Source: a virus. From it: 39,452 nucleotides of DNA. A program made the position numbers and the translations under genes. Each line of letters begins with the position of its first letter. The stretch's first letter is position 1. The notes beneath the pieces were generated by a model. It saw only the letters and a list, made by a program, of their open reading frames with translations. It did no database searches and had not been told where the DNA came from. The stretch spans positions 1 through 39,452 of the IMG/VR virus record IMGVR_UViG_3300043392_000021; one strand, 5' to 3'. This document shows, piece by piece, positions 8,896 to 16,513 of this stretch.

Positions 8896-9350
8896 GCGTC
8901 AACCTGGCCATCGCAGCAGAACTGTGCCAGCGGTTTGAGGGTTTCCGCAGCAAGCCCTACCTGTGCCCGGCCGGCGTGCCGACCATCGGCTACGGCAGCA
9001 CCTACTATCCCGGCGGCCGCAAGGTGACGCTGCAGGACGCGCCGGTCAGCGAGGCCCAGGCCCGCGAGATCCTGATGCACGAACTGTTCAGCACCTACCT
9101 GCCAGGCGTGGCCAGGCTGTGCCCGGTCCTGGTCACGCTGGCGTCACGCGACCCTGGCAAGCTGAACGCCATTGTGGACTTTGCTTATAACCTGGGCGTC
9201 GGGAACCTGCAGATCAGCACCCTGCGCCGCAAGATCAACGAACAGAACTGGCCCGCAGCGCGTGAGCAGCTGATGCGCTGGACCAAGGCAGGCGGCCGGG
9301 AATTGCCCGGTCTGGTCAAACGTCGGAAGGCTGAAGCCGTCTATTTATGA
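8892..9350 (+). CDS. Endolysin, GH24 lysozyme family
   Basis: 152 aa. Motif FEGFRSKPYLCPAGVPTIGYGSTY (catalytic Glu plus TIGYG) and LPGLVKRRKAE are characteristic of T4/lambda-type phage lysozymes. Confidence 0.9.
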   Translation: MSVNLAIAAELCQRFEGFRSKPYLCPAGVPTIGYGSTYYPGGRKVTLQDAPVSEAQAREILMHELFSTYLPGVARLCPVLVTLASRDPGKLNAIVDFAYNLGVGNLQISTLRRKINEQNWPAAREQLMRWTKAGGRELPGLVKRRKAEAVYL

Positions 9351-9706
9351 AAAACACGCCCAGCGCCGAGCAGGCGCTGCTGTTCGACAAGTATGTCCAG
9401 CACTGGCAGACGGTGCTGTCCCTTGGCGACTGGCGCATCGAGCGCGGCGAGAAGCCGGCCAAGAACGCCATGGCGTCGGTCGAGTTCAACGAGGGCGCCC
9501 GCCTGGCCGTCTATCGCCTGGGCGACTGGGGCGGCGAGAAGATCACCGAGAAGTCGCTGGAACGGACAGCGCTGCACGAACTGCTGCACATCCTTCTGCA
9601 CGACCTGGTCCTGAGTGCCGCAGATCACCGGACCAGCGACGAGCAGCTGGAGGCGGCAGAACACCGCGTCATTAACGTGCTGGAGCGCGTTCTAACCCTG
9701 GAGTGA
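9347..9706 (+). CDS. Small HExxH (zincin-like) phage protein
   Basis: 119 aa. ATGA overlap with the endolysin. Single HELLH motif in ALHELLHILLHD. No signal peptide, TM or lipobox. Confidence 0.6.
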   Translation: MKNTPSAEQALLFDKYVQHWQTVLSLGDWRIERGEKPAKNAMASVEFNEGARLAVYRLGDWGGEKITEKSLERTALHELLHILLHDLVLSAADHRTSDEQLEAAEHRVINVLERVLTLE

Positions 9707-9707
9707 T

Positions 9708-10679
9708 ATGGTTGCGCCTACCGTTTCCGACAACGAGTTCATCGAACTTTGGAATGCCCACAAGTCCGCCCAGAAGGTGGCCGAGGTCCTGAGCATAGAC
9801 CTGCGTGGCGTCAAGCGCCGCCGCCGCGCCATTGAGATCAAGCACGGCATCAAGCTGGCCGCCGACGACTTCCGCGCAGCGAAATACCAAAACCTGCACA
9901 CCGGCCATCACCACCGCGACGCCATCCGCCTGGGCATCGAGAACGGCACAGTCCTGATCTTCAGCGACGCGCATTTCTGGCCAGGCATCCGCACCACGGC
10001 GTTCAAGGGCCTGCTGTGGGCCATCGACCAGTTCAAGCCCAAGGCGATCATCAACAACGGCGACGCATTCGATGGCGCGTCCATCAGCCGGCACCCGCGC
10101 ATCCTGTGGCAGCAGACGCCCAGCGTGATCGAGGAACTGAAAGCCTGCGAGATGGCCTTGGGCGAGATCGAGGACCTGGCCGGCCGCGCCAGGCTGATCT
10201 GGACCATGGGCAACCACGACGCCCGCTTCGCCAGCCGCCTGGCCAATTCCGCGCCCGAATATGCCAACGTCCACGGCACCAAGCTGTCGGACCATTTCCC
10301 CAAGTGGGAGACCGCCTGGGCGTGCTGGCCGACCGACAGCGTGATCGTCAAGCACCGCTACAAGAACGGCATCCACGCCACCCACCAGGGCACGGTGTCC
10401 AGCGGCAAGTCCATCGTGACCGGTCACCTGCACAGCCTGAAGGTCACGCCGTGGTCGGACTACAACGGCACCCGCTACGGCGTGGACACCGGCACCCTGG
10501 CAGATCCGGCCGGCCCGCAGTTCGCGGACTACCTGGAGCAGAACCCGACCAACTGGCGCAGCGGGTTCGCCGTGCTGACGTTCGTGAACGGCCATCTGCT
10601 GTGGCCCGAGGTGGTCCACAAGTTCGACCAGGACATCATCGAATTCCGCGGCGAACTGATCGACGTGGGGGACCTATGA
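9708..10679 (+). CDS. Calcineurin-like metallophosphoesterase with N-terminal HTH-like domain
   Basis: 323 aa. Ordered phosphoesterase motifs SDAH (DxH), NNGDAFDG (GDxxD), GNHD (GNHD/E) and GHLH (GHxH). N-terminal about 60 aa EFIELWNAHKSAQKVAEVLSIDLRGVKRRRRAIE looks like an HTH. Confidence 0.85.
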   Translation: MVAPTVSDNEFIELWNAHKSAQKVAEVLSIDLRGVKRRRRAIEIKHGIKLAADDFRAAKYQNLHTGHHHRDAIRLGIENGTVLIFSDAHFWPGIRTTAFKGLLWAIDQFKPKAIINNGDAFDGASISRHPRILWQQTPSVIEELKACEMALGEIEDLAGRARLIWTMGNHDARFASRLANSAPEYANVHGTKLSDHFPKWETAWACWPTDSVIVKHRYKNGIHATHQGTVSSGKSIVTGHLHSLKVTPWSDYNGTRYGVDTGTLADPAGPQFADYLEQNPTNWRSGFAVLTFVNGHLLWPEVVHKFDQDIIEFRGELIDVGDL

Positions 10680-10819
10680 GCCATTGGCTGATCGGCGCCA
10701 CCGGCCTGGCATACGCCGTGGTGGCCGTGGACCAGTTCATGAAGGGCAACGTCAACGGCGCCGGCATGTGGGCCGGCTACGCATTCGCCCAGGTGTTCCT
10801 GTGGAGGGCTGCCCTGTAA
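10676..10819 (+). CDS. Small membrane protein (47 aa)
   Basis: ATG 10676 overlaps the upstream TGA. MSHWLIGATGLAYAVVAVDQF...GMWAGYAFAQVFLWRAAL gives two hydrophobic helices. The stop TAA shares its last A with the next ATG (TAATG). Confidence 0.5.
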   Translation: MSHWLIGATGLAYAVVAVDQFMKGNVNGAGMWAGYAFAQVFLWRAAL

Positions 10820-11031
10820 TGGATGAAGTGGACATCGCCAACGACGCCATGCTGGAAAGCCTGGAGCGCACCCTGGCGGCCCTGCGCAAGGAACCCAAAG
10901 GCCCGCAGCCCGAGTTCTGCGTGGAGTGCGAGGAACCCATCCCGCCGGCCAGGCAGAAGCTACGCCTGGACCTGTGCATCGACTGCGCCCAGCTTCGGGA
11001 GCGCGCGCAGCGGGTCCTGCGCAACAACTGA
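10819..11031 (+). CDS. TraR/DksA-family C4 zinc-finger protein
   Basis: 70 aa. CVECEEPIPPARQKLRLDLCIDC (CxxC-x17-CxxC) near the C-terminus, as in phage TraR-like proteins. The last 72 nt overlap the integrase 3' end on the opposite strand. Confidence 0.8.
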   Translation: MDEVDIANDAMLESLERTLAALRKEPKGPQPEFCVECEEPIPPARQKLRLDLCIDCAQLRERAQRVLRNN

Positions 11032-12210
11032 CACCAGCCACCGGTCCCATTTCTTCATGGCGTCGGTCACCAGCGGCAGATAGTCCGCCCTGTCATAGTG
11101 GCGGCTGCCGGTGTCGGTCTTGGCGTGCTGCTGGATCAGGTCGCGGGTGAACCGGTCCAGGCCCGCATCGGCCGCGCGCGACTTCCATGTCCGGCGCAGG
11201 TCGCGCACCTGGAAGTGGGCCAGCGGCGCATCTTCCAGCCAGCGCATCACGGCCGTGGTCACCGAGTGGTCCTGGATGGGCATCAGCAGGCCCGTGCGGT
11301 GGACCTTGAGCAGTTCGCGGATCACAGCCACCGCCAGCGATGGCAGCGGCACCGCGTGCGGGTGGCGCCCGCCTTTGGTCTTGGGCGCAGGAATGTGCCA
11401 GACGCCGGCGTCCAGATCGACTTCGTGCGCTTCCATCCGCAGGGTTTCCCGCAGCCGCTGGCCGCAGCAGATCATCAGCCGCAGGGCCGCGCGCGTTTCC
11501 AAGGCGAACCCGCCACGGTCGAGCGCATGCCAGAATGTGGCCAGTTCCTTGGCCGACAGCGCCCGGTCGCGCGGCACGCTGGCGCCGGTGTCCTTCTGGA
11601 TGGCGGCCACCGGGTTCACCTGGATGCCCCAGTCCTGGCGCAGTTCGGCCCGGTAATCGTTGGACGACTTCATGCCGAAATTGAACGCGGCCGACAGGTA
11701 GGACCGCACGCGGTCGGCGGCCACCTTGGCGCCCCGCCCGTAGATCGTGGCCAGGTAGGCCGACACGTCGCTGGCGTGGACGTCGCCGGCCAGCTTGCCA
11801 GGCCCCAGGTGGTCGGCCGCGAACTTCAAGCAGCGCCGGACTTCCACCGCGCTGGATTTCCCGTCGGCGGCCATCCGGTCACAGTATGCGTCGAACAGGC
11901 GCTGGACGGTCGGCTGCTGGGCCGCCACGGCCATCGCCGCAGGGTTACGGCCGGCGGACAAGTTATCGCGCACCCTGGCATTGAACAGCGCCCTGGCGTC
12001 GGCCAGCGACATGTCTGGATACCGGCCCAGCTGCAGCTTCCGGCGTTTGCCGTCCTGCTGCCACATGGCGGTCCACATGGCGGTGACGCCGGTGCTGTAT
12101 CGCCTGATGACGAGCATCAGGACGCCGCTGCCGCGTTCGCCGGTGCTGTCGCGCAGGACGGTTTCGGCCTGGCAGGATTTCATGGCGCGGGTGATTTCTG
12201 CTGGTGTCAT
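10960..12210 (-). CDS. int: Tyrosine integrase, P4-like (tRNA-targeting type)
   Basis: 416 aa from ATG 12210. N-terminal arm-binding-type domain (LRDSTGERGSGVLMLVIRR...RRKLQLGRYPDMSLADARALF). Catalytic pattern CGQRLRE (R), KTKGGRHPHAVPL (K), RDLRRTWKS (HxxR position), QQHAK (H), SRHYDRADYL (Y). Adjacent to a tRNA fragment. Confidence 0.92.
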   Translation of the reverse strand: MTPAEITRAMKSCQAETVLRDSTGERGSGVLMLVIRRYSTGVTAMWTAMWQQDGKRRKLQLGRYPDMSLADARALFNARVRDNLSAGRNPAAMAVAAQQPTVQRLFDAYCDRMAADGKSSAVEVRRCLKFAADHLGPGKLAGDVHASDVSAYLATIYGRGAKVAADRVRSYLSAAFNFGMKSSNDYRAELRQDWGIQVNPVAAIQKDTGASVPRDRALSAKELATFWHALDRGGFALETRAALRLMICCGQRLRETLRMEAHEVDLDAGVWHIPAPKTKGGRHPHAVPLPSLAVAVIRELLKVHRTGLLMPIQDHSVTTAVMRWLEDAPLAHFQVRDLRRTWKSRAADAGLDRFTRDLIQQHAKTDTGSRHYDRADYLPLVTDAMKKWDRWLVSVVAQDPLRALPKLGAVDAQVQA

Positions 12211-12234
12211 ACGGGTGCCGTTACGGGTGCTGTT
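12211..12234 (+). repeat. Two tandem copies of ACGGGTGC(C/T)GTT (putative integrase arm-type sites, int-proximal arm)
   Basis: acgggtgccgtt acgggtgctgtt is read directly and abuts the int start codon. The same 11-12-mer recurs twice at 12462-12485 in the same orientation. Confidence 0.6.
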
Positions 12235-12359
12235 GATGTTTGCAGCCAGGCATCTGGCCTGCCAATGGTTTACAGCCAGACATCCCGGAAAGTCCACATT
12301 TTTCGATGGTTTAGCAGGTGTCGGCGTGATACACCGTGAAGCCGCAGTAAGTGCCAATT

Positions 12360-12409
12360 TCTGACTTTTAATCAGAGGGTCTCGGGTTCGATCCCCGACG
12401 GGCTCACCA
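12360..12409 (+). other. attP core: 3' part of a tRNA-Lys(UUU) gene (anticodon arm to CCA)
   Basis: Anticodon stem tctga/tcaga with loop cttttaa (anticodon TTT). Variable gggtc. T-arm tcggg-ttcgatc-cccga. Acceptor 3' strand cgggctc, discriminator a, CCA. No matching 5' acceptor strand or D-arm upstream, so it is a fragment rather than a gene. Confidence 0.8.
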
Positions 12410-12461
12410 CCAACAAAATCAAGCACTTAAAACGAAAACACCCGCAGCGCAAAAAAGCGCC

Positions 12462-12485
12462 ACGGGTGCTGTTAAGGGTGCTGTT
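12462..12485 (+). repeat. Two tandem copies of A(C/A)GGGTGCTGTT (putative integrase arm-type sites, xis-proximal arm)
   Basis: acgggtgctgtt aagggtgctgtt is read directly. Same motif and orientation as 12211-12234. The two pairs bracket the tRNA-derived core. Confidence 0.6.
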
Positions 12486-12491
12486 GCAGGT

Positions 12492-12692
12492 TTATCCCGC
12501 CTTCGCCCCGAGGGTTCTGGAATCTTCCCAGGACTTCACGGCGTCCAGGGGATACAGAACCCGGCCGCCGATCTTCGTATAACGCGGACCTTCGCCGGTG
12601 CTGCGCCAATTGGCCAGCGTGCGGATCGTGATCGTTTGCTTATACCGCGACACCAGTTCGGCTGGCGTCAGATACTGGGCAGGCACGTCCAT
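12492..12692 (-). CDS. xis: Excisionase / AlpA-type HTH DNA-binding protein
   Basis: 66 aa. LTPAELVSRYKQTITIRTLANWRSTGEGPRYTKIGGRVLYPLDAVKSWE fits the excisionase-family HTH pattern. Lies next to attP and int. Confidence 0.8.
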   Translation of the reverse strand: MDVPAQYLTPAELVSRYKQTITIRTLANWRSTGEGPRYTKIGGRVLYPLDAVKSWEDSRTLGAKAG

Positions 12693-13693
12693 CAGAATAC
12701 CCCCGTGTTATTAACTGCGTTTGCGTTCTGTTCACTTTTGCCCATGTGGTCAAATGAGGGCGCCGCGTCATCAGCAACAAATTTTTGGTTGTTGATTTCC
12801 TGGATGGATGCCGGCGCGGAAGGGTGAACCGCTTGGCGCTGGGCATCGTATTCAGCCGCCGCCGCCTTGAGCTGGTCTTTGAACTTGTCGCCAAGGGCCT
12901 TGCGCACGTTCGCCGGCGTGGCCATCCAGGCCGCCTGGAGCGCCTGCAGGCCCTGTTCCGTGATGTTCAGCAGCAGGCCACGGTGGTGTTCGATGGCCGG
13001 GTTCACCTTGGCGGCGCCATCGACCCAGTGCCGCAGCGCCAGGCCATCATCAGCGCCCAGATACCCTTGCCCACGGCCCAGCACCTGCTGCAGTTCCGCC
13101 GGACACTTCAGCACGTCCTGGCGCCGGCCCTGTTCGTGCATCATCAGCGACACCGTGGCCTCATACGAGAAGTTCTTTTCCTGGATAGGCTGGATGCCCA
13201 GCGGCCTGGGGTTCTTCGGGTCGGTGAAGTCCACCTTCTCGCGCGCCCTGGTGCAGGCAATGATGTGCGCCGGCGACTGCAGCATGTAGGTCATGAACCG
13301 TTTGTGTTCGGCCTTGGCCCGCTTCCAGTCCGGAAACCGGGTCTGGTTGGCGATCCATTCGCAGCCGCCTTCCGATTCCCATTCGTGCGTCACGCTGTCG
13401 ATGACGACTACTTCGGCGCCGGCATTGCATGCCGCTTCGATGGCCTGAATGTATCGGGCCGGCGAGAACGGCGCATAGAAGTCGATGATGTTGAAAGGCT
13501 GCGGCAGCGCGTTCGCATACAGCGACCCGCGCCGGTTTTCGGTGTCGATCAGCACCACCTTGTCGGCGTCACGGCCGGCCAGGCCGTAGGCCAGCTGCAG
13601 GGCCGTGTAGGTCTTGCCAGAGCCGGACACGCCCGACAGCTGGATCAGAAGGCGCGCACCTTGGCGCTGGGCTTTGCGGATTTCAAAGGTCAT
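12692..13693 (-). CDS. P-loop ATPase, Sak4/AAA_24-like recombination protein with C-terminal extension
   Basis: 333 aa. Walker A GVSGSGKT, Walker B-like VVVIDSVTHEWE. Located beside an exonuclease in a leftward operon. Confidence 0.75.
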   Translation of the reverse strand: MTFEIRKAQRQGARLLIQLSGVSGSGKTYTALQLAYGLAGRDADKVVLIDTENRRGSLYANALPQPFNIIDFYAPFSPARYIQAIEAACNAGAEVVVIDSVTHEWESEGGCEWIANQTRFPDWKRAKAEHKRFMTYMLQSPAHIIACTRAREKVDFTDPKNPRPLGIQPIQEKNFSYEATVSLMMHEQGRRQDVLKCPAELQQVLGRGQGYLGADDGLALRHWVDGAAKVNPAIEHHRGLLLNITEQGLQALQAAWMATPANVRKALGDKFKDQLKAAAAEYDAQRQAVHPSAPASIQEINNQKFVADDAAPSFDHMGKSEQNANAVNNTGVF

Positions 13694-13868
13694 GGTTTGC
13701 TTTCAGGGTGGGGGAAGAAATAATGCCGGCCATCGTGGCCTGCAGTTTGTAAAGCGTGACGAGGTGAAACTGGGCCGCTTTGCTGGCATCATCCATGCCT
13801 GCTGCCCGCAGTTCGATGGCGTGTGTCAACGCCGCGTTGATCGCCAACTGCATCTGTTCTGGGGTCAT
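13683..13868 (-). CDS. Hypothetical small protein
   Basis: 61 aa. ATGA-type overlap with the exonuclease stop and an 11-nt overlap with the ATPase start. No recognisable motif. Confidence 0.45.
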   Translation of the reverse strand: MTPEQMQLAINAALTHAIELRAAGMDDASKAAQFHLVTLYKLQATMAGIISSPTLKANHDL

Positions 13869-14710
13869 GCTGCCCCCCGTTCGTTGTCATTGGCGGCCTT
13901 GAGCGCCCATACCGGCAGGCCCAGCGGCCGCACGTCGGTGTCATAACCAGGCCAGCGGTCGGACGACATGCAGTCGGCCAGGATGCGCAGCAGCCGGCGA
14001 TATTCGGCGCGCCCCATGTCGAGCATGGCCTGGTCGGCATAGTAGAACGCGCAGGCATACGGCGGCGCCTTTTCAAACGCGGCGAACACGAACGCATCGG
14101 GCCGCTGGCCAGTGGCCTGTTCCACGCCGTCCACATACCATGCCGCCTGGACCCAGTATCGCCAGTTCCAGGCCGAGCGCTGGAAGCCGTCGGCGCTGGC
14201 ATCTTCCGTAGACTTCAGGTCCACGATGAACGGCATGGACAGCCAGTCGGGCCGGCACTTGCACAGCAGGCCGGTCTCGCGGTCGGTCCAGTAGCAGGAC
14301 ATTTCCGCCTGGCCAGTGCCGAACACTTTGCGCGCCGTCGGGTGGCTGCGCACCACCTGGGCGATGGCCATGCAGGTGGCGGCGTCATCATTGGAGATCA
14401 GTTCCGCGCCAGCTTCAGCAGCAGCGGCCACCGCCAGTTCCCAGGCAGCCTTGCCGTCCTTCGTGCGGCGGTCAACTACCGGCGCGACGTGATGCCGCTT
14501 GGCAAATTCACCAGGTTCCAGCACCGCCGTGTGGATGGCCGTGCCCAGGCGCATCGAGGCCGTCGGTTCGGTGGGCGTGCGGTTCGGGTCCAGATACCGC
14601 GTCCAATAGTGCAGCGGCGACCTGGCGATCTGGTCGAGGCCTGATTTTGAGATGCCAGGGCCGCCGTGGTAATCGGCGTTTGAGATGCCCGCATAAATTC
14701 CTGTCTGCAT
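13865..14710 (-). CDS. PD-(D/E)XK exonuclease (RecE/exonuclease VIII-like domain)
   Basis: 281 aa. N-terminus GISNADYHGGPGISKSGLDQIARSPLHY, then GTAIHTAVLEP, and the core CRPDW...IVDLKST (D...DxK) with YWVQAAWY. This matches the phage PDDEXK exonuclease pattern. Confidence 0.85.
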   Translation of the reverse strand: MQTGIYAGISNADYHGGPGISKSGLDQIARSPLHYWTRYLDPNRTPTEPTASMRLGTAIHTAVLEPGEFAKRHHVAPVVDRRTKDGKAAWELAVAAAAEAGAELISNDDAATCMAIAQVVRSHPTARKVFGTGQAEMSCYWTDRETGLLCKCRPDWLSMPFIVDLKSTEDASADGFQRSAWNWRYWVQAAWYVDGVEQATGQRPDAFVFAAFEKAPPYACAFYYADQAMLDMGRAEYRRLLRILADCMSSDRWPGYDTDVRPLGLPVWALKAANDNERGAA

Positions 14711-14796
14711 GGTTACCTTTCAAGTTTCACCGCGATTCACGGCGGTGCTGATTATGTCATGCGATTCATCCGCACACGGACGAAACATCCGTTATA
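14711..14796. promoter_or_regulatory. Divergent early control region between the leftward recombination operon and the rightward early operon
   Basis: This is the only strand-switch intergenic region apart from attP. It contains direct GCGATTCA repeats (14732-14739, 14761-14768), the inverted repeat caccgc-N8-gcggtg (14728-14747), and the near-perfect inverted pair tgtcatgcga (14755-14764) / tcgcgtgaca (14800-14809). Confidence 0.45.
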
Positions 14797-15033
14797 GTGT
14801 CGCGTGACAGCCACAAAAACCAGATGGATATGAATGAAAATCCTGATGCGTTCTGGAAAGTGCGTGAACTGGCAGTAAGTGCCCGCGTCACGGTCGCCGC
14901 GCTGCTGCGCGAGGCCAACGTCGGACCGTCCACCATCCACCAATGGAAACACGGCCAAGCGCGCCCCAGGGCCAAAACCATCCAACGACTGAACCAGGCG
15001 GCCACCCGGCTGCGCGAAAGGAACCTCAAGTGA
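14797..15033 (+). CDS. Small HTH regulator (Cro-like position); start uncertain (GTG 14797, ATG 14824 or 14830)
   Basis: VRELAVSARVTVAALLREANVGPSTIHQWKHGQ is an HTH-like segment. It is the first gene of the rightward operon. Confidence 0.6.
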   Translation: MSRDSHKNQMDMNENPDAFWKVRELAVSARVTVAALLREANVGPSTIHQWKHGQARPRAKTIQRLNQAATRLRERNLK

Positions 15034-15158
15034 CAATCATCGAAAAAATCATCCTCGCCCTGGTGGTGGCCGGCCTGCTGGCAGTGAAGCTGGTGGCGCT
15101 TGGCATCCTGCTGAAGCTGGCGTCCTACCCGTTCCTGTGGGCCTGGGGTCTGCTGTGA
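15030..15158 (+). CDS. Small hydrophobic membrane protein (42 aa)
   Basis: GTG 15030 overlaps the upstream TGA (GTGA). MTIIEKIILALVVAGLLAVKLVALGILLKLASYPFLWAWGLL. Its stop overlaps the helicase GTG. Confidence 0.45.
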   Translation: MTIIEKIILALVVAGLLAVKLVALGILLKLASYPFLWAWGLL

Positions 15159-16513
15159 GCCTACGCCCGCGCCAGCTGCAGGCCATCGAGGACCTGCGCC
15201 AGGCATACCGCGACGGCTACAGCGCGCCGATCCTGGTGGCGCCAACCGGTTTCGGCAAGACCCACACCAGCGCCGAGATCATCCGCAGCGCCGTGGCGCG
15301 TGGCCACAGCGTCTGGTTCCTGGCGCACCTGCGCGAGATCCTGGACGCCACCAGCCGCAAGCTGGACGCCGAGCGCATCGCGCACGGGTTCATCATGGCC
15401 GGCAAGCCCGAGAACCCGGACGCGGCCGTCCAGGTGGTCATGGTCCAGACCGCCGTGCGGCGCCTGGGCCGCTACCGCAAGCCCGACCTGATTGTGATCG
15501 ACGAGGCCCACCTGGCCGTGGCCGACACCTACCGCAAGGTGGTGCAGGACTGCGGCAGCCCGCGCCTGCTGCTGCTGACGGCCACACCCGTGCGCCTGGA
15601 CGGCCGTGGCATGCGCGAGGTGGCCGACATCATCGTGCCCACCTGCGGAACCGCTGAACTGATCGCTGAAGGCCTGCTGGCGCCCGTGCGCTACTACGCG
15701 CCCACCAGGCCCGACCTGGCTGGCGTGCGCACCATCGCTGGCGACTACGCCCAGGGCGACCTGGCCAAGGCCATGAACCGCCCCAGCATCACCGGCGACG
15801 CGGTGGACCACTACCGGCGCCTGGCGCACGGCCGGCCCGCCGTGGCGTTCTGCACCAACATCGCCCACGCCAAGGCCACCGCCGAGGCCTTCCACCAGGC
15901 CGGCTATCGCGCCATGGCCATCAGCGGCGACAGCAAGCCCGAGGAACGCGACGCGGCCCTGCACGGCCTGAACGCCGGCGACCTGGATGTGGTCTGCAAT
16001 TGCGCCCTGTGGGTGGCCGGCGTGGACGCGCCAGCCATCGGCTGCATCATCATGCTGGCGCCCACCAAGAGCCTGGTCAAATACCTGCAGAGCGTCGGCC
16101 GTGGCCTGCGCACGCATCCAGGCAAGCAGGACCTGATCGTGCTGGATCACGCCGGCAACGCATTCACCCACGGCCTGCCGACCGAGCCGCGCGAATACAG
16201 CCTGGACGGCGCCAAGAAACGCGCCCGCGCACCTGGTGACGAGGCCGAGCCGGTCCGTCAGTGCGAGCGATGCTATTTCGTCCACAGCCCCGCGCCCGTC
16301 TGCCCCAACTGCGGCAACGTCCACCCGGTCAAGGAACGCAAGCTGCAGCAGCAGGCCGGCGACCTGGAGGAACTGCGCGAGGTCAAGCGCGCCAAGCGCC
16401 AGGAAGTCGGCCGCGCGCGCACCTACCACGACCTGATCGCCATCGCCAAGGAACGGAACTACGCCATGGGCTGGGTCTACCAGATGGCCAGGCTGAAGGG
16501 CATCCACCTATGA
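15155..16513 (+). CDS. SF2 DEAH-box helicase with C-terminal zinc ribbon
   Basis: Motif I APTGFGKT, II VIDEAH, III TATP, VI QSVGRGLR. C-terminal CERCYFVHSPAPVCPNCG. GTG 15155 chosen because of the GTGA coupling. Confidence 0.88.
   Translation: MSLRPRQLQAIEDLRQAYRDGYSAPILVAPTGFGKTHTSAEIIRSAVARGHSVWFLAHLREILDATSRKLDAERIAHGFIMAGKPENPDAAVQVVMVQTAVRRLGRYRKPDLIVIDEAHLAVADTYRKVVQDCGSPRLLLLTATPVRLDGRGMREVADIIVPTCGTAELIAEGLLAPVRYYAPTRPDLAGVRTIAGDYAQGDLAKAMNRPSITGDAVDHYRRLAHGRPAVAFCTNIAHAKATAEAFHQAGYRAMAISGDSKPEERDAALHGLNAGDLDVVCNCALWVAGVDAPAIGCIIMLAPTKSLVKYLQSVGRGLRTHPGKQDLIVLDHAGNAFTHGLPTEPREYSLDGAKKRARAPGDEAEPVRQCERCYFVHSPAPVCPNCGNVHPVKERKLQQQAGDLEELREVKRAKRQEVGRARTYHDLIAIAKERNYAMGWVYQMARLKGIHL

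Noticed and set aside
8325-9190. Embedded Rz1-like lipoprotein ORFs in alternative frames of the holin and endolysin genes (8325-8783, 8963-9190).
   Set aside because: The translations lack a signal peptide or lipobox Cys and are Arg/Pro/Gly-rich shadow-frame sequences.
12334-12409. A complete tRNA-Lys gene.
   Set aside because: Only the anticodon arm, variable loop, T-arm and 3' acceptor strand are present. The upstream sequence (acaccgtgaagccgcagtaagtgccaatt) cannot form a D-arm or pair with cgggctc, so it is an att fragment.
10960-12426. The track's 488-aa version of the integrase, starting at 12426.
   Set aside because: The extra 72 codons would read through the tRNA-derived attP core and the arm repeats. 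The conserved P4-type integrase N-terminus begins at the ATG at 12210.
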